From: Kiritimatiellia bacterium
GTDB taxonomy: Bacteria > Verrucomicrobiota > Kiritimatiellia > SLOV01
Direction of reading: 5' to 3'
DNA length: 43,427 nucleotides
Assembly: GCA_007132345.1 (NCBI GenBank)
Contig: SLOV01000138.1
Location: 1-43,427 of the forward strand
Below the pieces are notes generated by a model. It did no database searches. It was not told where the DNA came from and saw nothing but the letters and a program-made list of their open reading frames with translations. This document shows, piece after piece, positions 27,213-38,146 of the stretch. Position numbers and translations under genes: made by a program. Numbering within the stretch: position 1 is the stretch's first letter; each line of letters begins with the position of its first letter.

Positions 27213-28220
27213 CTACAGATCAATGAGTTCATCTTGTGCAAAATCGCGAGGAGCCTTCCGGCCCACGACTTCATCCCACCGCATGGGTGAGATTCCGGTG
27301 CCGGGCCGCTTCGCGGTCATGTTCTCTGTGCTGAAGGTCTCGCCCGCCGCGATCACCTGGCGCGCAACCAGCGATTTCCGCATGACGGGTCGGTTCCGGG
27401 CCTCGCTGGGAGCCAAACGTTTGATGCCATCGCCCAGTGCCGTTTCGATGTTGCGGATGGCGGTGACCAACGCGGCAAGCTCTTCGGGTTCGAGGCTGGC
27501 TTTGTGGTCGGGCCCCGGCAGGGTGCGGTCCAGCGTAAAGTGTTTTTCGATAATCGAAGCCCCCATCGCGACAGCGGCAATCGACACCTCAATTCCGGGC
27601 GTATGGTCGGAATAGCCGACAGCGAGGCCGAAGGCACGATGCATGCTCTGCATGGCGCGCAGGTTGACCTCCTCCATCGGCGTCGGGTATTGCGTCGTGC
27701 AGTGCATCACCGAGATGTCGTTGCGTGGCGTTCCCGCCTGTTCGAGCGCATCGATTGCCGATTCAACCTCCCCCAACGTCGCCATGCCGGTAGAGAGGAA
27801 GACCGGTTTTCCGGTCCGGCCAATCCGGCGCAGATACGGCAGGTTGGTGAGCTCGCCGGATGGGATCTTGAAGCAGTCCTGGCCCAGCCGGTCGAGCAGA
27901 TCGACGCTCTCGATATCGAAAGCGGTAGAGAAAAAGCCTATGTTTCGCGCCGCACAATGCGCCATGAGCTCCTTGTGTGCATCCTCGCTCAGTTCCAGGC
28001 GGCGCAGCATTTCGTGCTGAGATTCCTGTTTGTCTGTGGTCTGGGCCTGGTAATCCGCCTTTTCGGCCGTACGGGTCACGATCCGGTCCGCGCTGAACGT
28101 TTGGAATTTGACGAGGTCGGCGCCGACCCTGGCCGCCGCGTCGATCAACTGCCTGGCCAGCGCGATGTCGCCGTTATGGTTGACGCCGGCTTCGGCGATG
28201 ACAAGAGTTCGATGTTTCAT
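27213..28220 (-). CDS. neuB: Nonulosonic acid synthase (NeuB/LegI-type) with SAF domain
   Basis: IAEAGVNHNG, VKFQTF, KIPSGE, LSTGMA, HCTTQYP, GYSDHT, IEKHFTLD, KRPGTGISPM. Confidence 0.95.
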   Translation of the reverse strand: MKHRTLVIAEAGVNHNGDIALARQLIDAAARVGADLVKFQTFSADRIVTRTAEKADYQAQTTDKQESQHEMLRRLELSEDAHKELMAHCAARNIGFFSTAFDIESVDLLDRLGQDCFKIPSGELTNLPYLRRIGRTGKPVFLSTGMATLGEVESAIDALEQAGTPRNDISVMHCTTQYPTPMEEVNLRAMQSMHRAFGLAVGYSDHTPGIEVSIAAVAMGASIIEKHFTLDRTLPGPDHKASLEPEELAALVTAIRNIETALGDGIKRLAPSEARNRPVMRKSLVARQVIAAGETFSTENMTAKRPGTGISPMRWDEVVGRKAPRDFAQDELIDL

Positions 28221-28882
28221 TTTCTACCGTGTCCAATAAATCGTGCATGATCGGCCTGGTTATGCCGCACACTCAGGCCCATGCCGACCAGACAGCATTT
28301 TCCGAGCCGAAGTCCATCCTTGACCACACTTCCGCTGCCGACAAAGCTGCCCGCGCCAATGGTTACACTGCCATTGAGGATGGCGCCGGTGGAGATATGA
28401 CAGTGGTCTTCGACCGTCGCGTCATGTTCAATCAGGGCGCGGGAATTGACGATGCAATTGCTGCCGACCCTGGCGCCAGCATTTACAATTGCGCCATGCA
28501 TCACGATCGTGCCCGCGCCAATCGTCGCGTGTCTGGAGACGTGGGCCGTTGGCGCGATGATGTGGGGCAAAAGAAAACCGGCCTGGGCGGCTTGCCGGTA
28601 AAGGTGGATGCGCTTATCTGCCGGGCCGACCATGCCCACGGTGATGAGGGCGCATCGATACTCTTTGGCCAGTTCCGGCAGGGCATCGTCCGTGGCAATG
28701 ACGGTGTATCCGAGGTGTTGGCTACGCATTTCCTCTGGCATTCCAACCAGCCCCGCGATCTGGTATTTGCCTTCTTGTTCGATGACCTCCATGCAGGCAC
28801 GGGCGTGGCCGCCGGCACCGATCAGGATCATGCTAGATTCGCTCCGTGATCTCATACGTTCGCCATCCGCGAGTATAGCCAT
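28217..28882 (-). CDS. NeuD/PglD-family hexapeptide-repeat sugar acetyltransferase
   Basis: LIGAGGHAR, IEHD..V.DHCHISTGA, hexapeptide repeats; start may be 28831. Confidence 0.88.
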   Translation of the reverse strand: MAILADGERMRSRSESSMILIGAGGHARACMEVIEQEGKYQIAGLVGMPEEMRSQHLGYTVIATDDALPELAKEYRCALITVGMVGPADKRIHLYRQAAQAGFLLPHIIAPTAHVSRHATIGAGTIVMHGAIVNAGARVGSNCIVNSRALIEHDATVEDHCHISTGAILNGSVTIGAGSFVGSGSVVKDGLRLGKCCLVGMGLSVRHNQADHARFIGHGRK

Positions 28883-28906
28883 GGTCCTAGACCCTGTAAA
28901 CCCATC

Positions 28907-30361
28907 CTAAAGAAGCTTTCGGCGCAGCCACCCGGTCATATCTGTCAGGTGGTTCAGCCTGCGCCAGCTATACAGACTGACGACCAGCGTGACCAGTGCC
29001 CCCATCACATAGCCCGCAGGCTCGGACCAGGCTCCCGAAACGATCGTACCCCCCCCGGCAAGCAGGAGGCACAGGGCGACATACCGGTTCCGCCGGGTTG
29101 GCTTGAATCCAATCATTCTTTTCGTAACGATCGCAACCGCGGCGTAGAGAAAGAGATAGGCAATCCCGAAACTCACTCCGGCCATGACCAGGCCAACCTC
29201 CGGGACCCCCAGCACAAACGACCCCAGGTACACGGCACTCCATGTGAGCTGGATTCCAATGTACGCGCCCCCACGGCCTGCGGCCAGAAACGTGAACACA
29301 ATGGGGGTGGTGGCGACCTTGAGAATGTCGCCCAGCATTTGCCATCTCAGCATCTCCGCCGCGGGCTCAAAGCCTTCGGCATAGAGTAGGTGAATGACCC
29401 ATGGCGCCAGGGTGATCATGGCCATCAGCAAAGGCCCGGCCATCAGCAGGGCCATCTCGGACTGCTCGTTGATCAGCCTGCTTGCCTGCTCCCGATCGTG
29501 AATGGCCGCGGACAGCCGCGGGTAGTAGTCCATGACCATGGCATTCAGAACAAACACGAGATAGGTCATCGAGATCGCCCAGGCCGCCTGGAAATGGCCG
29601 CTGGCGTCCAGCCCCAGATCGCGCAGGACGAGAGAACGCATGGCAAGCTGCGTGATCGACATCAGCAAGCCGGAAGCCATAAAGGGGATGCCCAGTTTCA
29701 GCATGGCCAGCCACTGGCTTCGAATTCCTGCGAGTTCTGAGGGGCCACGGGGACGCGGCAGACGAGCGGCATAGGTGCTCACCACCAGGAAATTGACGGC
29801 CGGCGCGGCCAACACGAACCAGAGGACGCCATCGTTCTCCAGCAGGTAGATCGCAGTAATCCCCACCATCGCACCCACCAGTGCACTCAGGATACTGACT
29901 CTTGCCAGGTCCTCAATTCGCCGCAAGCCCTGCAGCAGAGCGGTCTGCGATCCGGCGAGCAGGGTCAGCAGGAGCCCGAGCCCCAGCCAGCCCACGTCGC
30001 TCGCGTGTGCGGTGTCGCCAAATACCCACTGGGCGACCGGCGCGCGCAGGAGCCAGAGGATCGCCGTGCCTGCGATGCCCAGCACCACACTGCCAAACCA
30101 CAGGGCACGACGAACCGTCGCCAGGACCTCTGCTTCGTCCGCGGAGGCCGCGACCTGCTTGACGCCGCTGGTGGGCATGCCGCAGCCGGCCAGGGTGGAC
30201 GCCACGACCACGACATTCTGGTAGAGCCCCATGAGGCCAACACCCGCAGGCCCCAGCAGCATCGCCAACACTTTGACTTTGACGATGCTGATGCAGATGT
30301 TCATCGCGGAAGCGCCGCCGATAATGGCGCTGGAGCGGAAGATCTGACGGTAGGAAGTCAT
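28907..30361 (-). CDS. wzx: Wzx-type O-antigen translocase (flippase)
   Basis: SYRQIFRSSAIIGG, LLGPAGVG, DYYPRLS, GDILK; many TM segments. Confidence 0.88.
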   Translation of the reverse strand: MTSYRQIFRSSAIIGGASAMNICISIVKVKVLAMLLGPAGVGLMGLYQNVVVVASTLAGCGMPTSGVKQVAASADEAEVLATVRRALWFGSVVLGIAGTAILWLLRAPVAQWVFGDTAHASDVGWLGLGLLLTLLAGSQTALLQGLRRIEDLARVSILSALVGAMVGITAIYLLENDGVLWFVLAAPAVNFLVVSTYAARLPRPRGPSELAGIRSQWLAMLKLGIPFMASGLLMSITQLAMRSLVLRDLGLDASGHFQAAWAISMTYLVFVLNAMVMDYYPRLSAAIHDREQASRLINEQSEMALLMAGPLLMAMITLAPWVIHLLYAEGFEPAAEMLRWQMLGDILKVATTPIVFTFLAAGRGGAYIGIQLTWSAVYLGSFVLGVPEVGLVMAGVSFGIAYLFLYAAVAIVTKRMIGFKPTRRNRYVALCLLLAGGGTIVSGAWSEPAGYVMGALVTLVVSLYSWRRLNHLTDMTGWLRRKLL

Positions 30362-30481
30362 CAATGAAGATCCGGCAGGGCGCCGCAGTCCGGCCACGGA
30401 TGTCGTTCAAAGCCGGGTTTCGATCCAGCGGGATGATGCGCACGCTTCTGCACCGGGGCTCCGGGATCTGATGCCGCGCCT

Positions 30482-31363
30482 CTATTTCTCCGCAATCGCG
30501 ATCAAGGTATCCGTCCTGTCGATCCCTGCCAGCATATTCGAATAGGCGCTATTCAACGGATCCGTAGCCAACAGGCTCCACTTCAAGTGCCCACCCGGCT
30601 TCTTCTCCTTCAGCCAATGAAGATGGTTCGCCAGATTATACCGCTGAAAACCGGTGATGACGGGATTCCTGAAGTTTGCCTTTTCCAGGAAGGCCGTTAA
30701 GGACCATCGGTTATGCAACACCAGATGCTCGCTCCAGAACGTGAAGCTCTTGAATTCTTCACACTCCAGAAACGAAAAGAGAAAGTCATTGGCGTGCGGC
30801 ACTTCGATGACAATTCTTCCGCCGGCCGTCAGCTTGTCGTACGCGACCTTCAGGAAGCCAAATGGATCGGTCAGATGCTCAAACACATGGAAAAGCGTGA
30901 TGACATCGAAGTCTGTATGGGGAACGTCCGCCACATCGCTGTAGGCCTCGTAGCCTTCCTTTTCCAAGGCGTCTTTCGCCCGCTGCTGCGGTTCCACGGC
31001 AACAACGGTTTCGGCAAAAGGCCCGAGCAGATCCAGAACACCACCCGCTCCAGACCCTACATCCATCCATTTTCTATTGCTGATGAGCGGCAGGAACTGA
31101 TCTTTTCGTCGGCTATCGTCTGCATACGCATCGACCAAGACCCTCTGTCGGTTGTTCTCTTTCCGGAGACTTGGAAACTCATGTTTTTCAACATAGTGCG
31201 ACCTGTCCATGTGCTCGGAGGTTGATGTAAAGATGACGCCGGATTTCCGGCACCGCAGAATGGAGATCCCTTCCCGATCCCGTATCGTGGGATAAAACTC
31301 TTCGATGGCATTCTCGTCGCAAATGCCCCAGTCACACAACAGTTCCGCGATCTTGTTTTTCAT
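30482..31363 (-). CDS. Class I SAM-dependent methyltransferase
   Basis: MDVGSGAG, FHVFEHLTDP, IEVP, EH. Confidence 0.88.
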   Translation of the reverse strand: MKNKIAELLCDWGICDENAIEEFYPTIRDREGISILRCRKSGVIFTSTSEHMDRSHYVEKHEFPSLRKENNRQRVLVDAYADDSRRKDQFLPLISNRKWMDVGSGAGGVLDLLGPFAETVVAVEPQQRAKDALEKEGYEAYSDVADVPHTDFDVITLFHVFEHLTDPFGFLKVAYDKLTAGGRIVIEVPHANDFLFSFLECEEFKSFTFWSEHLVLHNRWSLTAFLEKANFRNPVITGFQRYNLANHLHWLKEKKPGGHLKWSLLATDPLNSAYSNMLAGIDRTDTLIAIAEK

Positions 31364-31401
31364 ACAACGTCCTCCCCTTGTTTTAGATATGTAAAGCGGC
31401 C

Positions 31402-32190
31402 CTAAATGCTCCAGCCCCCGTCGACTACCAGATTCTGGCCCGTCATATATTTCGATGCGTCACTCAGCAAAAAGACGAGGGCGCCAGCCAGGTCATCTGC
31501 GCCTGCCATTCTGTTGCCGAGAACGACTCGTTTGCAATATTGCGTCACAAAGGACTCTTCCTGGCGATTATAGACGCCGCCCGGTGAGATGGCGTTGACC
31601 CGTATGCCATGCTGGCCCAGGTAGGAGGCCAAGTATTTCGTCAGGCTCAATAGAGCGCCCTTGATCGCAGAGTATTCCACCGGACTGGTAAAATCCGCGC
31701 CTTCATACACTTCAAATCGCGGCGCCATGAAGCCGTAGATGGAGGAAACGAAGACAATCGTGCCGTGCCCCTGTTTGACCATGACCCGGGACAGCTCCTG
31801 AGACATCAGGAAATATCCGCCCAGGTGGAGATTCACGTTCTCGCAAAAATCCTCGTACGTGACGTCCTCGAACTTGCGACCGTAGTGTTGATTTCGCGGG
31901 TAGGCGTTGTTGACCAGAGCGTCTACCCCGCCGTGTTTCGCGAGAACGGAATCCATCATCCGCTGGATCGACTCTCTGGATGTAACATCCACCCGGCAGA
32001 ACTCGATCTTGTCTGTCCGCAACTCGGCCGACAACGATTCCTTCACCCGTTGTCCCGAAGCCTCGTCGATATCGGCAAGGATGGCTCTTCCGCCGTTCTC
32101 CACCACGGCCCGGACGAAGCCTTGTCCGATCAGGCCCGCCCCGCCGGTAATCACAACGCGACGATCGTGTAGATCAGATTGAAATGTCAT
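31402..32190 (-). CDS. SDR oxidoreductase, PtmA/ElaC-like
   Basis: TGGAGLIG, NNAYPR, SSIYG, YSAIK, SPGG, TGQNLVVDGG. Confidence 0.9.
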   Translation of the reverse strand: MTFQSDLHDRRVVITGGAGLIGQGFVRAVVENGGRAILADIDEASGQRVKESLSAELRTDKIEFCRVDVTSRESIQRMMDSVLAKHGGVDALVNNAYPRNQHYGRKFEDVTYEDFCENVNLHLGGYFLMSQELSRVMVKQGHGTIVFVSSIYGFMAPRFEVYEGADFTSPVEYSAIKGALLSLTKYLASYLGQHGIRVNAISPGGVYNRQEESFVTQYCKRVVLGNRMAGADDLAGALVFLLSDASKYMTGQNLVVDGGWSI

Positions 32191-33112
32191 CGATGTCGAC
32201 TTCTCTCTCTTCGGTTAGAGAACGTTGGGCTGCGATGAGAACCTTCATGGAATTCAGCACGAGGTCCGGGTCAATCGGAGGCTCCCTTGATCGAATCATC
32301 CCAACGAAGTCCCCAAGCAGTCTTCTGAACATGGAGAAATTGTCGTTCAATTCCGCGTGAAAGCGTTTTGTATCGCTCCAGAAATCCAGTGCCAGTGTCT
32401 TAGCCGAATTACCAAGGGCGTCGATGAAGAGCAACGAGTCGTCGTTGTTGCGGATGCGCACCGAGGTGTGTTTCCCCTGGACGCAAGAGACGCTCCTGGC
32501 ATGGAATCCCGTCACGCCGAGGACGCCGTCGAGCATGTGGATGCCATATTTCTCCATGCCGTTGATGACCGTTCCTCGGATCAGCTTGATATCGCCAAAG
32601 GCATCCAGGTGGCCCCTGATCTCATCCAGTTCCCGAGCATATCTTGCGCCGGCGCACGACATCAACTTGCCCTCTTCCAGGTAGGGCCTGAAGAATTGCA
32701 GTTCCGATACTTCAAGGCTCAGGGGCTTATCGATGAAGACGAACTTGCCTTGTTCGAGGAAGTCCTTTGCCAATGGATAATGCGTCTCGTAATCGTCTCT
32801 TGCGATGATGACGCCATCGACGGCGTCGATCATGTCGGCCAGATCCACGACGAGGTTCGGAATCTTCGAGGCCTTCACGAGTTTTTCGGTCAGGGCGGCA
32901 TCTTGCGTCCAGGCGTGGGAGACGTGGACAGAGTCGAACCCGAATTCAGAGGCATGCCGGGTCTTGAGGTAGTTGTAGATGACGTCCCATCCGGAAGCCT
33001 TCATGCCTTCAGGGTCAAACCCATTGATGATGGCGGAAAAGGAGAAGGGGTGACCGTTGCCCTCGTTGAACCCAACGATGCCCAGTTGGATGGGGGCTAC
33101 CATGTTGTCCAT
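32174..33112 (-). CDS. Gfo/Idh/MocA-family oxidoreductase
   Basis: [22 protein letters not shown]. Confidence 0.8.
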   Translation of the reverse strand: MDNMVAPIQLGIVGFNEGNGHPFSFSAIINGFDPEGMKASGWDVIYNYLKTRHASEFGFDSVHVSHAWTQDAALTEKLVKASKIPNLVVDLADMIDAVDGVIIARDDYETHYPLAKDFLEQGKFVFIDKPLSLEVSELQFFRPYLEEGKLMSCAGARYARELDEIRGHLDAFGDIKLIRGTVINGMEKYGIHMLDGVLGVTGFHARSVSCVQGKHTSVRIRNNDDSLLFIDALGNSAKTLALDFWSDTKRFHAELNDNFSMFRRLLGDFVGMIRSREPPIDPDLVLNSMKVLIAAQRSLTEEREVDIDDISI

Positions 33113-33900
33113 CCCCCATCGATGCAGATATTTTGACCGGTGATGTAGCTCGATGCATCGGAACAGAGCAGGGCGATGACGCCCTTCAGGTCTTCCGGCT
33201 GCCCGATCCGGGTCAGCATCGTCTTCGCCTTCAAGGCTTCGATGAAGGGTTCATTCTTGAGGATCTCGCCGAAGGGGAACGGCCCGGGGCTTATGGCGTT
33301 GACCCGGATGCCATGAGGGGCCAGAAAGCTGGCCAGATACTTGGTGAGTTGGATGACACCCGCCTTGGCCGCGCCATAACTGGGTGGGTTCGCGTGTTCG
33401 GTTCCCACATACATTCTGTAGTCGGGCGCTACATGGCCATACATCGAAGCGACATTCACAATGACGCCGCGGGTCTCTTTAAGGAACGGAAAAGCCAGCT
33501 TTGTTGTATAGAACACCCCGTTCAAGCAGACATCGATATCGTAGTTCCAATCGTCCAGGCTGATGGATTCGAAGGTGTTCTTCTTTCCTGACCAGGCATT
33601 ATTGATCAGGATATCTAATGCGCCGTATTCTGTTTGAATGACTTGCAGTGCCTTCTCTATGCTTTTGGGGTCGGTGATGTCCACATGCACGCCACTGGCC
33701 CGGACGCCGTACTTCTGATGCAATGCCTCGGCAACGGCATGGCTCTTCTGCTCGTTTCTCGCCCCGATGACGATGTTGGCTCCAAGCTCGGCAAGCGCCT
33801 CGCACATCGCGGTTCCCAGGTAACCGGCGCCCCCGGTGATCAAGACCGTCTTCTTTTCCAGGCCGAGGAGTTCTTGTAGCGGTTTCATGCCGTGCTTCAT
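33097..33900 (-). CDS. SDR oxidoreductase
   Basis: [36 protein letters not shown]. Confidence 0.9.
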   Translation of the reverse strand: MKHGMKPLQELLGLEKKTVLITGGAGYLGTAMCEALAELGANIVIGARNEQKSHAVAEALHQKYGVRASGVHVDITDPKSIEKALQVIQTEYGALDILINNAWSGKKNTFESISLDDWNYDIDVCLNGVFYTTKLAFPFLKETRGVIVNVASMYGHVAPDYRMYVGTEHANPPSYGAAKAGVIQLTKYLASFLAPHGIRVNAISPGPFPFGEILKNEPFIEALKAKTMLTRIGQPEDLKGVIALLCSDASSYITGQNICIDGGWTTW

Positions 33901-33916
33901 TCGCGCCTTTCCGCGG

Positions 33917-34654
33917 CTAGGCAGTCTTTTCCCGATAGTGCTGCATGATTTGCTCCGCGATTGTGAAATCGAGCTCTGTATCGATATCCAGTGCCGTTTC
34001 CCCGGGCGTGATGACCGCGGCGGTTCGACCGAGCAGGAGCGAAATCGAGTCCTCCTTTTCGAAGAGGATCTCTTTGGTCAGCGCATAGATCTGGCCCGTC
34101 AGTTCGTAGGCGACGGGTTGTTTCTGTCTCGGCAGCCAGGGGATGGCGCCTTCAAGATATGGCTCCACAACATCCTGTGAGACTCTCCAGAGCCTGTTAG
34201 GGGAAACGTGTGATTCCGTGAAAGTGGCGACACTATCGGCTCTTCCTTCCAGCAGAATCTCGAGGCATGCTTCAATGTCCTCCATTCTTCTGAAGGGGGA
34301 AGTCGGCTCCAGAAGGATCACGATGTCGACCGGCTCGCCGGCCTTCTCAACTTGCTGCACGGTGTACTTGATCGCATCGATGACCAACGAGGCGTCTGCC
34401 GCCAATTCAGCAGGTCTCTTGATGACCTCAGCGCCATGTGCATTTGAGATCCCGGCAATGGCGTCATCATCGGTGGAGACGACGGTCTTATGAATGAGCG
34501 GGCATTGCAACGCGGCTTCAATGGAGTGAACCAGCAACGGCTTCCCGGCAAACGTCCGTATATTCTTGCCGGGGATCCCTTTCGAACCGCCTCGAGCGGG
34601 AATGATCGCCAGTATCTGCTTCTTTGCCATCTTCGCTTTCGGCTGCATTCTCAC
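33917..34654 (-). CDS. neuA: Acylneuraminate (nonulosonate) cytidylyltransferase
   Basis: [33 protein letters not shown]; alternative start 34630. Confidence 0.92.
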   Translation of the reverse strand: MRMQPKAKMAKKQILAIIPARGGSKGIPGKNIRTFAGKPLLVHSIEAALQCPLIHKTVVSTDDDAIAGISNAHGAEVIKRPAELAADASLVIDAIKYTVQQVEKAGEPVDIVILLEPTSPFRRMEDIEACLEILLEGRADSVATFTESHVSPNRLWRVSQDVVEPYLEGAIPWLPRQKQPVAYELTGQIYALTKEILFEKEDSISLLLGRTAAVITPGETALDIDTELDFTIAEQIMQHYREKTA

Positions 34655-36864
34655 ATGGCGGTTGAGCGGTTTGGGAGATGGAGGGCTTGTTGAAGCGGGA
34701 GAAAATGGTCGGCGAAGTTGCCCTGCTGGAACTCTCCGTTGACAATGAGGCCAGCGACGTTGGCGCCCACATTACCGAATTGCTGCAACGCGTGGCGCAT
34801 GGCACGAAGACGAATGCGATTGGGTTGGCAGACGATCACCACACAATCGGCGATCCCGGATAACGTGAATGCATCATCGGACACGCCCAGCGACGCGACG
34901 TCGAGGATAATGCGATCATAGTGGTTCCGTGCCCAGTCAATAAAATCGCGGACCGAGCGGCCCCCGATGATGACCGCCGGGCTATGGGTCTCGGAGGCCT
35001 GGCTGGTGATAATATCCAGGTTCTCGCAGGGGCCGGGTACGGGCAGGTCGGCAAAGCGCCCGGGATCGCCGTCGGCCAGAATGTGCAATAGGCTGTGGTT
35101 GGTTCCCTTCTCCTTGTACTTGGCCACCGCGTCGGCATAGATCTGGGTTTTCTGGCGAGGACGAAGGTCGAAGTCAACGAGCAGGGTCTTCTCTTTGCTC
35201 CGGGCACAGATGATGGCGAAGTTGCTGGAGCAGGTGGTCTTGCCTTCTTCAGGGGCGGCGCTTGCCATCAAGATGACCTTGCTGGTCTGCGCCATTTGCG
35301 GGGAATTCAGCCGGCTGCGGATTGTGGCGAACACATCGAGGATCTGGCCGAGGGCGGAGGCGTTGAGACTGGCGAGGGCCAGGTCCTTGCGCTCGGCATC
35401 GGGCACACGGGGCACCACCCCCAGTACATGGAGCCTGAGGCCGGCCTCAATATCCGCCACCGACATGACGCGGTCATCGAACCGGTCGGTGACGAGCCCG
35501 ACCGCGAACCCGGCCATCATGCTGAGCAGGAGGCCCAGCGCGAAAACCTTGCGGGCGGACGGCCGGATCGGCCGCTCGGGGGTGGTCGCCCTCTCCAGCA
35601 CCCTGACGGAAAAGGTCTTCTCGTCGGCGGCGAGCCGGGCCTCCTCGATGCGGCGGAGGATCCCGGTGTAGGCCCGTTCGCGGGCGTCCCGCTCGCGGGC
35701 CAGGGCGTTGTACTCGGAGTTGCGCTTGACGATCTCCATCTCCAGATCGGCCGCCCGGGTGCGCTGGATCTCCAGTTTCTGGCGGAGGCTTTCGATCTGA
35801 TTGACCTTCAGGTCAATGCTGGCCGCGACCGCCCGCTGGGTGCGCTCGACGGACTGGAGAAACCGTTCGGTTTCCCGCTCGACCGCGGCGGAGTTCAGAA
35901 GAACCTCGGGGTGCTGCTGCGTGTATTTCTCGAGAAGGCCGTCGCGGTGGGCGGTGACTTCATCGAGCCGGAGGAGGGCATCGCTGATGGCCCGTCTGCC
36001 GGGGATATCCTCGGGCAGGCTGGTGAACTGCTGGGGATCCTCTTTGGCTGCCTCCAGCATGGCGGCCACGTCTCGAAGCATCACCATCTGGCTCTCCAGA
36101 TCAACGCTGAGCTGGTTGAGCGAGAGGATGGAAGCCTCTGCCGACTTCCGCTCTGCCTCGAGGCTGTCGATCTGGTTTTCGGCGCGGTACGCCACAAGTC
36201 GGGCGTCGGCCTCGGCCACCAGCTCGCGCTGCACCTCGGCCTGCTCCTGGAGCCAGGCGACCGCGTCATTGGACAGATCCCTGTTTTCGCTGACGGACTG
36301 GAACTCGGCCCCCATGGCATAGGCGTTCGCCACCCGCGCCGCCAGCTCGGGTTCGGGATGCTCTGCTGATAGAACGATGATGTTGGTGTTGCGCATGTGC
36401 CTGACCTCGGCACGGCTTGCAAACAGGTCCTCGAGCAACGCGTCCGTTTCGGTGGCCTCCGGGTACATCTCGCGGTACTGCGCCACGAAATGCTGCCTCA
36501 TGGAGGAGCCTCGCAGTTTCTGGAGCCGGGTATTGAACTCCTCCCACGGCTGGATCAGCCCAATATCCTCATGCACGGACTGGGCCATGATTCGAGGGGT
36601 GCGCAGTCTGATCTCGATCATGCTCGTGGCCTGGTAGATACGGGTGGTGAGCATGAAATAGAAGAGGGTACCAACCGCACCGAGGGCAACGACAAGCAGA
36701 ATGGGCTGCCATTTGCGTTGGAGGATCTTGAGTACACGCCGGGGGGTCAGGCCCCCGCCGCGCATGCCCCCCCGGTACCCGCCGCCCGCTTCGGGGACGG
36801 GGTATCCCTGGTGGTGGCCGCCGAGGGGATCACCGTAGCTGGGCGGTCGGGATGAATCGGGCAT
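34651..36864 (-). CDS. Wzc/GumC-type polysaccharide co-polymerase with BY-kinase-like domain
   Basis: Two TMs around a coiled-coil periplasmic region, P..P motif, Walker A SAAPEEGKTT, Walker A' LLVDFDLR. Confidence 0.88.
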   Translation of the reverse strand: MPDSSRPPSYGDPLGGHHQGYPVPEAGGGYRGGMRGGGLTPRRVLKILQRKWQPILLVVALGAVGTLFYFMLTTRIYQATSMIEIRLRTPRIMAQSVHEDIGLIQPWEEFNTRLQKLRGSSMRQHFVAQYREMYPEATETDALLEDLFASRAEVRHMRNTNIIVLSAEHPEPELAARVANAYAMGAEFQSVSENRDLSNDAVAWLQEQAEVQRELVAEADARLVAYRAENQIDSLEAERKSAEASILSLNQLSVDLESQMVMLRDVAAMLEAAKEDPQQFTSLPEDIPGRRAISDALLRLDEVTAHRDGLLEKYTQQHPEVLLNSAAVERETERFLQSVERTQRAVAASIDLKVNQIESLRQKLEIQRTRAADLEMEIVKRNSEYNALARERDARERAYTGILRRIEEARLAADEKTFSVRVLERATTPERPIRPSARKVFALGLLLSMMAGFAVGLVTDRFDDRVMSVADIEAGLRLHVLGVVPRVPDAERKDLALASLNASALGQILDVFATIRSRLNSPQMAQTSKVILMASAAPEEGKTTCSSNFAIICARSKEKTLLVDFDLRPRQKTQIYADAVAKYKEKGTNHSLLHILADGDPGRFADLPVPGPCENLDIITSQASETHSPAVIIGGRSVRDFIDWARNHYDRIILDVASLGVSDDAFTLSGIADCVVIVCQPNRIRLRAMRHALQQFGNVGANVAGLIVNGEFQQGNFADHFLPLQQALHLPNRSTAM

Positions 36865-37083
36865 AGTACGATCTTTTCGGCGCGAGAGTCAGGTCACAGC
36901 AGGCATTGGGATCGCCTTTTGTTTAAATCTGACTATAAGCAATGGGGTAGCCATGTTCAACCTCAATCTGCCTCTTCATGCTCTTGACGGTCCCATCCCG
37001 CATTCGCTACACAAGATAGACGCGCGGTCGAGTTCCCAATCGATGAAGAGCGGCAAGACCATGCAACAACAGCCCGAGCATCC

Positions 37084-38145
37084 ATGCCGCGGCCTATTGC
37101 ATACATCTTTCGATTTGCAACCGATCCAGCAACCGAAAGCATGACCATGGAAACCTTGCAGGCCCAGGCCAAGGACGACACCCCCTCCTCCAGCCCGAGC
37201 GTAACCGTCATGATGCCCGTCTTTAACGACTGGCCGTCCGCATTCACCCTGATCGTGCGCCTCAACCCGCTTCTCGTTCAGGAGGGGTACCGACCCTCTT
37301 ATTTGCTCATCGACGACGGGTCCACCGAGCTTCCACCGTCTGCCGAAGAGGTTGAAGCCATTCCAGACGTATCCGTCCTGCACCTGCGCCGCAACCTCGG
37401 CCACCAGCGCGCCCTTTGCATCGGCATATCCTGGTTGGCCAAAAACCTGCATGGAGCGCAACCGATCGTCGTCATGGATTCCGACGGCGAGGACTGCCCC
37501 GAGGAGGTGAAGCGACTCCTGGATCGCTACGATCGCGAGCATGGACAAACGTTCGTCTTTGCCGAGCGGACCCGACGCTCGGAAGGATTCTTGTTCAAGT
37601 TTTTCTACAATCTATATTGTTTCCTTCATATATTTCTGGTGGGCCATCGTGTTCGATTTGGAAACTTCAGTGTCGTTCCCAGCCGGCGGCTTCCCAGCTT
37701 GAGTGTCGTACCCGAACTCTGGAACCATTATGCGGCGGCGGTCGTGGTCTCCAAGCAGCCCTATACGACAGTCTCTACCGAGCGCGGTGAACGATACTTC
37801 GGCGATTCGAAGATGAACTTCACGGAGTTGGTGATACACGGCTTAAGCGCCCTCTCTGTCTTCAGCGATCGGCTGAGCGTTCGAATCTCGTTCTTTGTGT
37901 TTGGGCTGCTGGTGCTGATTGGAGCGGCCGCGGTCGTGATCATGGGGGCGCAGCTCTTCACCGACTCAGCCGTTCCAGAGTGGGTCACGCTTACCGGTGG
38001 CCTCTTGTTCCTGTGCGCCATTCAACTCATCACGCTTCTGTCCGTTTTCTGCTTTATGGTTCTGGCCAACCGAAAAGGAAATACCTTCCTGCCGATTCGC
38101 GACTACCAATATTTCATCGACCACGTCAAGACGCTGAGCCGCTGA
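37084..38145 (+). CDS. GT2 glycosyltransferase, GtrB-like; start likely 37141
   Basis: PVFNDW, IDDGS, RNLGHQRA, MDSDGED, two C-terminal TMs. Confidence 0.9.
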   Translation: MPRPIAYIFRFATDPATESMTMETLQAQAKDDTPSSSPSVTVMMPVFNDWPSAFTLIVRLNPLLVQEGYRPSYLLIDDGSTELPPSAEEVEAIPDVSVLHLRRNLGHQRALCIGISWLAKNLHGAQPIVVMDSDGEDCPEEVKRLLDRYDREHGQTFVFAERTRRSEGFLFKFFYNLYCFLHIFLVGHRVRFGNFSVVPSRRLPSLSVVPELWNHYAAAVVVSKQPYTTVSTERGERYFGDSKMNFTELVIHGLSALSVFSDRLSVRISFFVFGLLVLIGAAAVVIMGAQLFTDSAVPEWVTLTGGLLFLCAIQLITLLSVFCFMVLANRKGNTFLPIRDYQYFIDHVKTLSR

Positions 38146-38146
38146 C

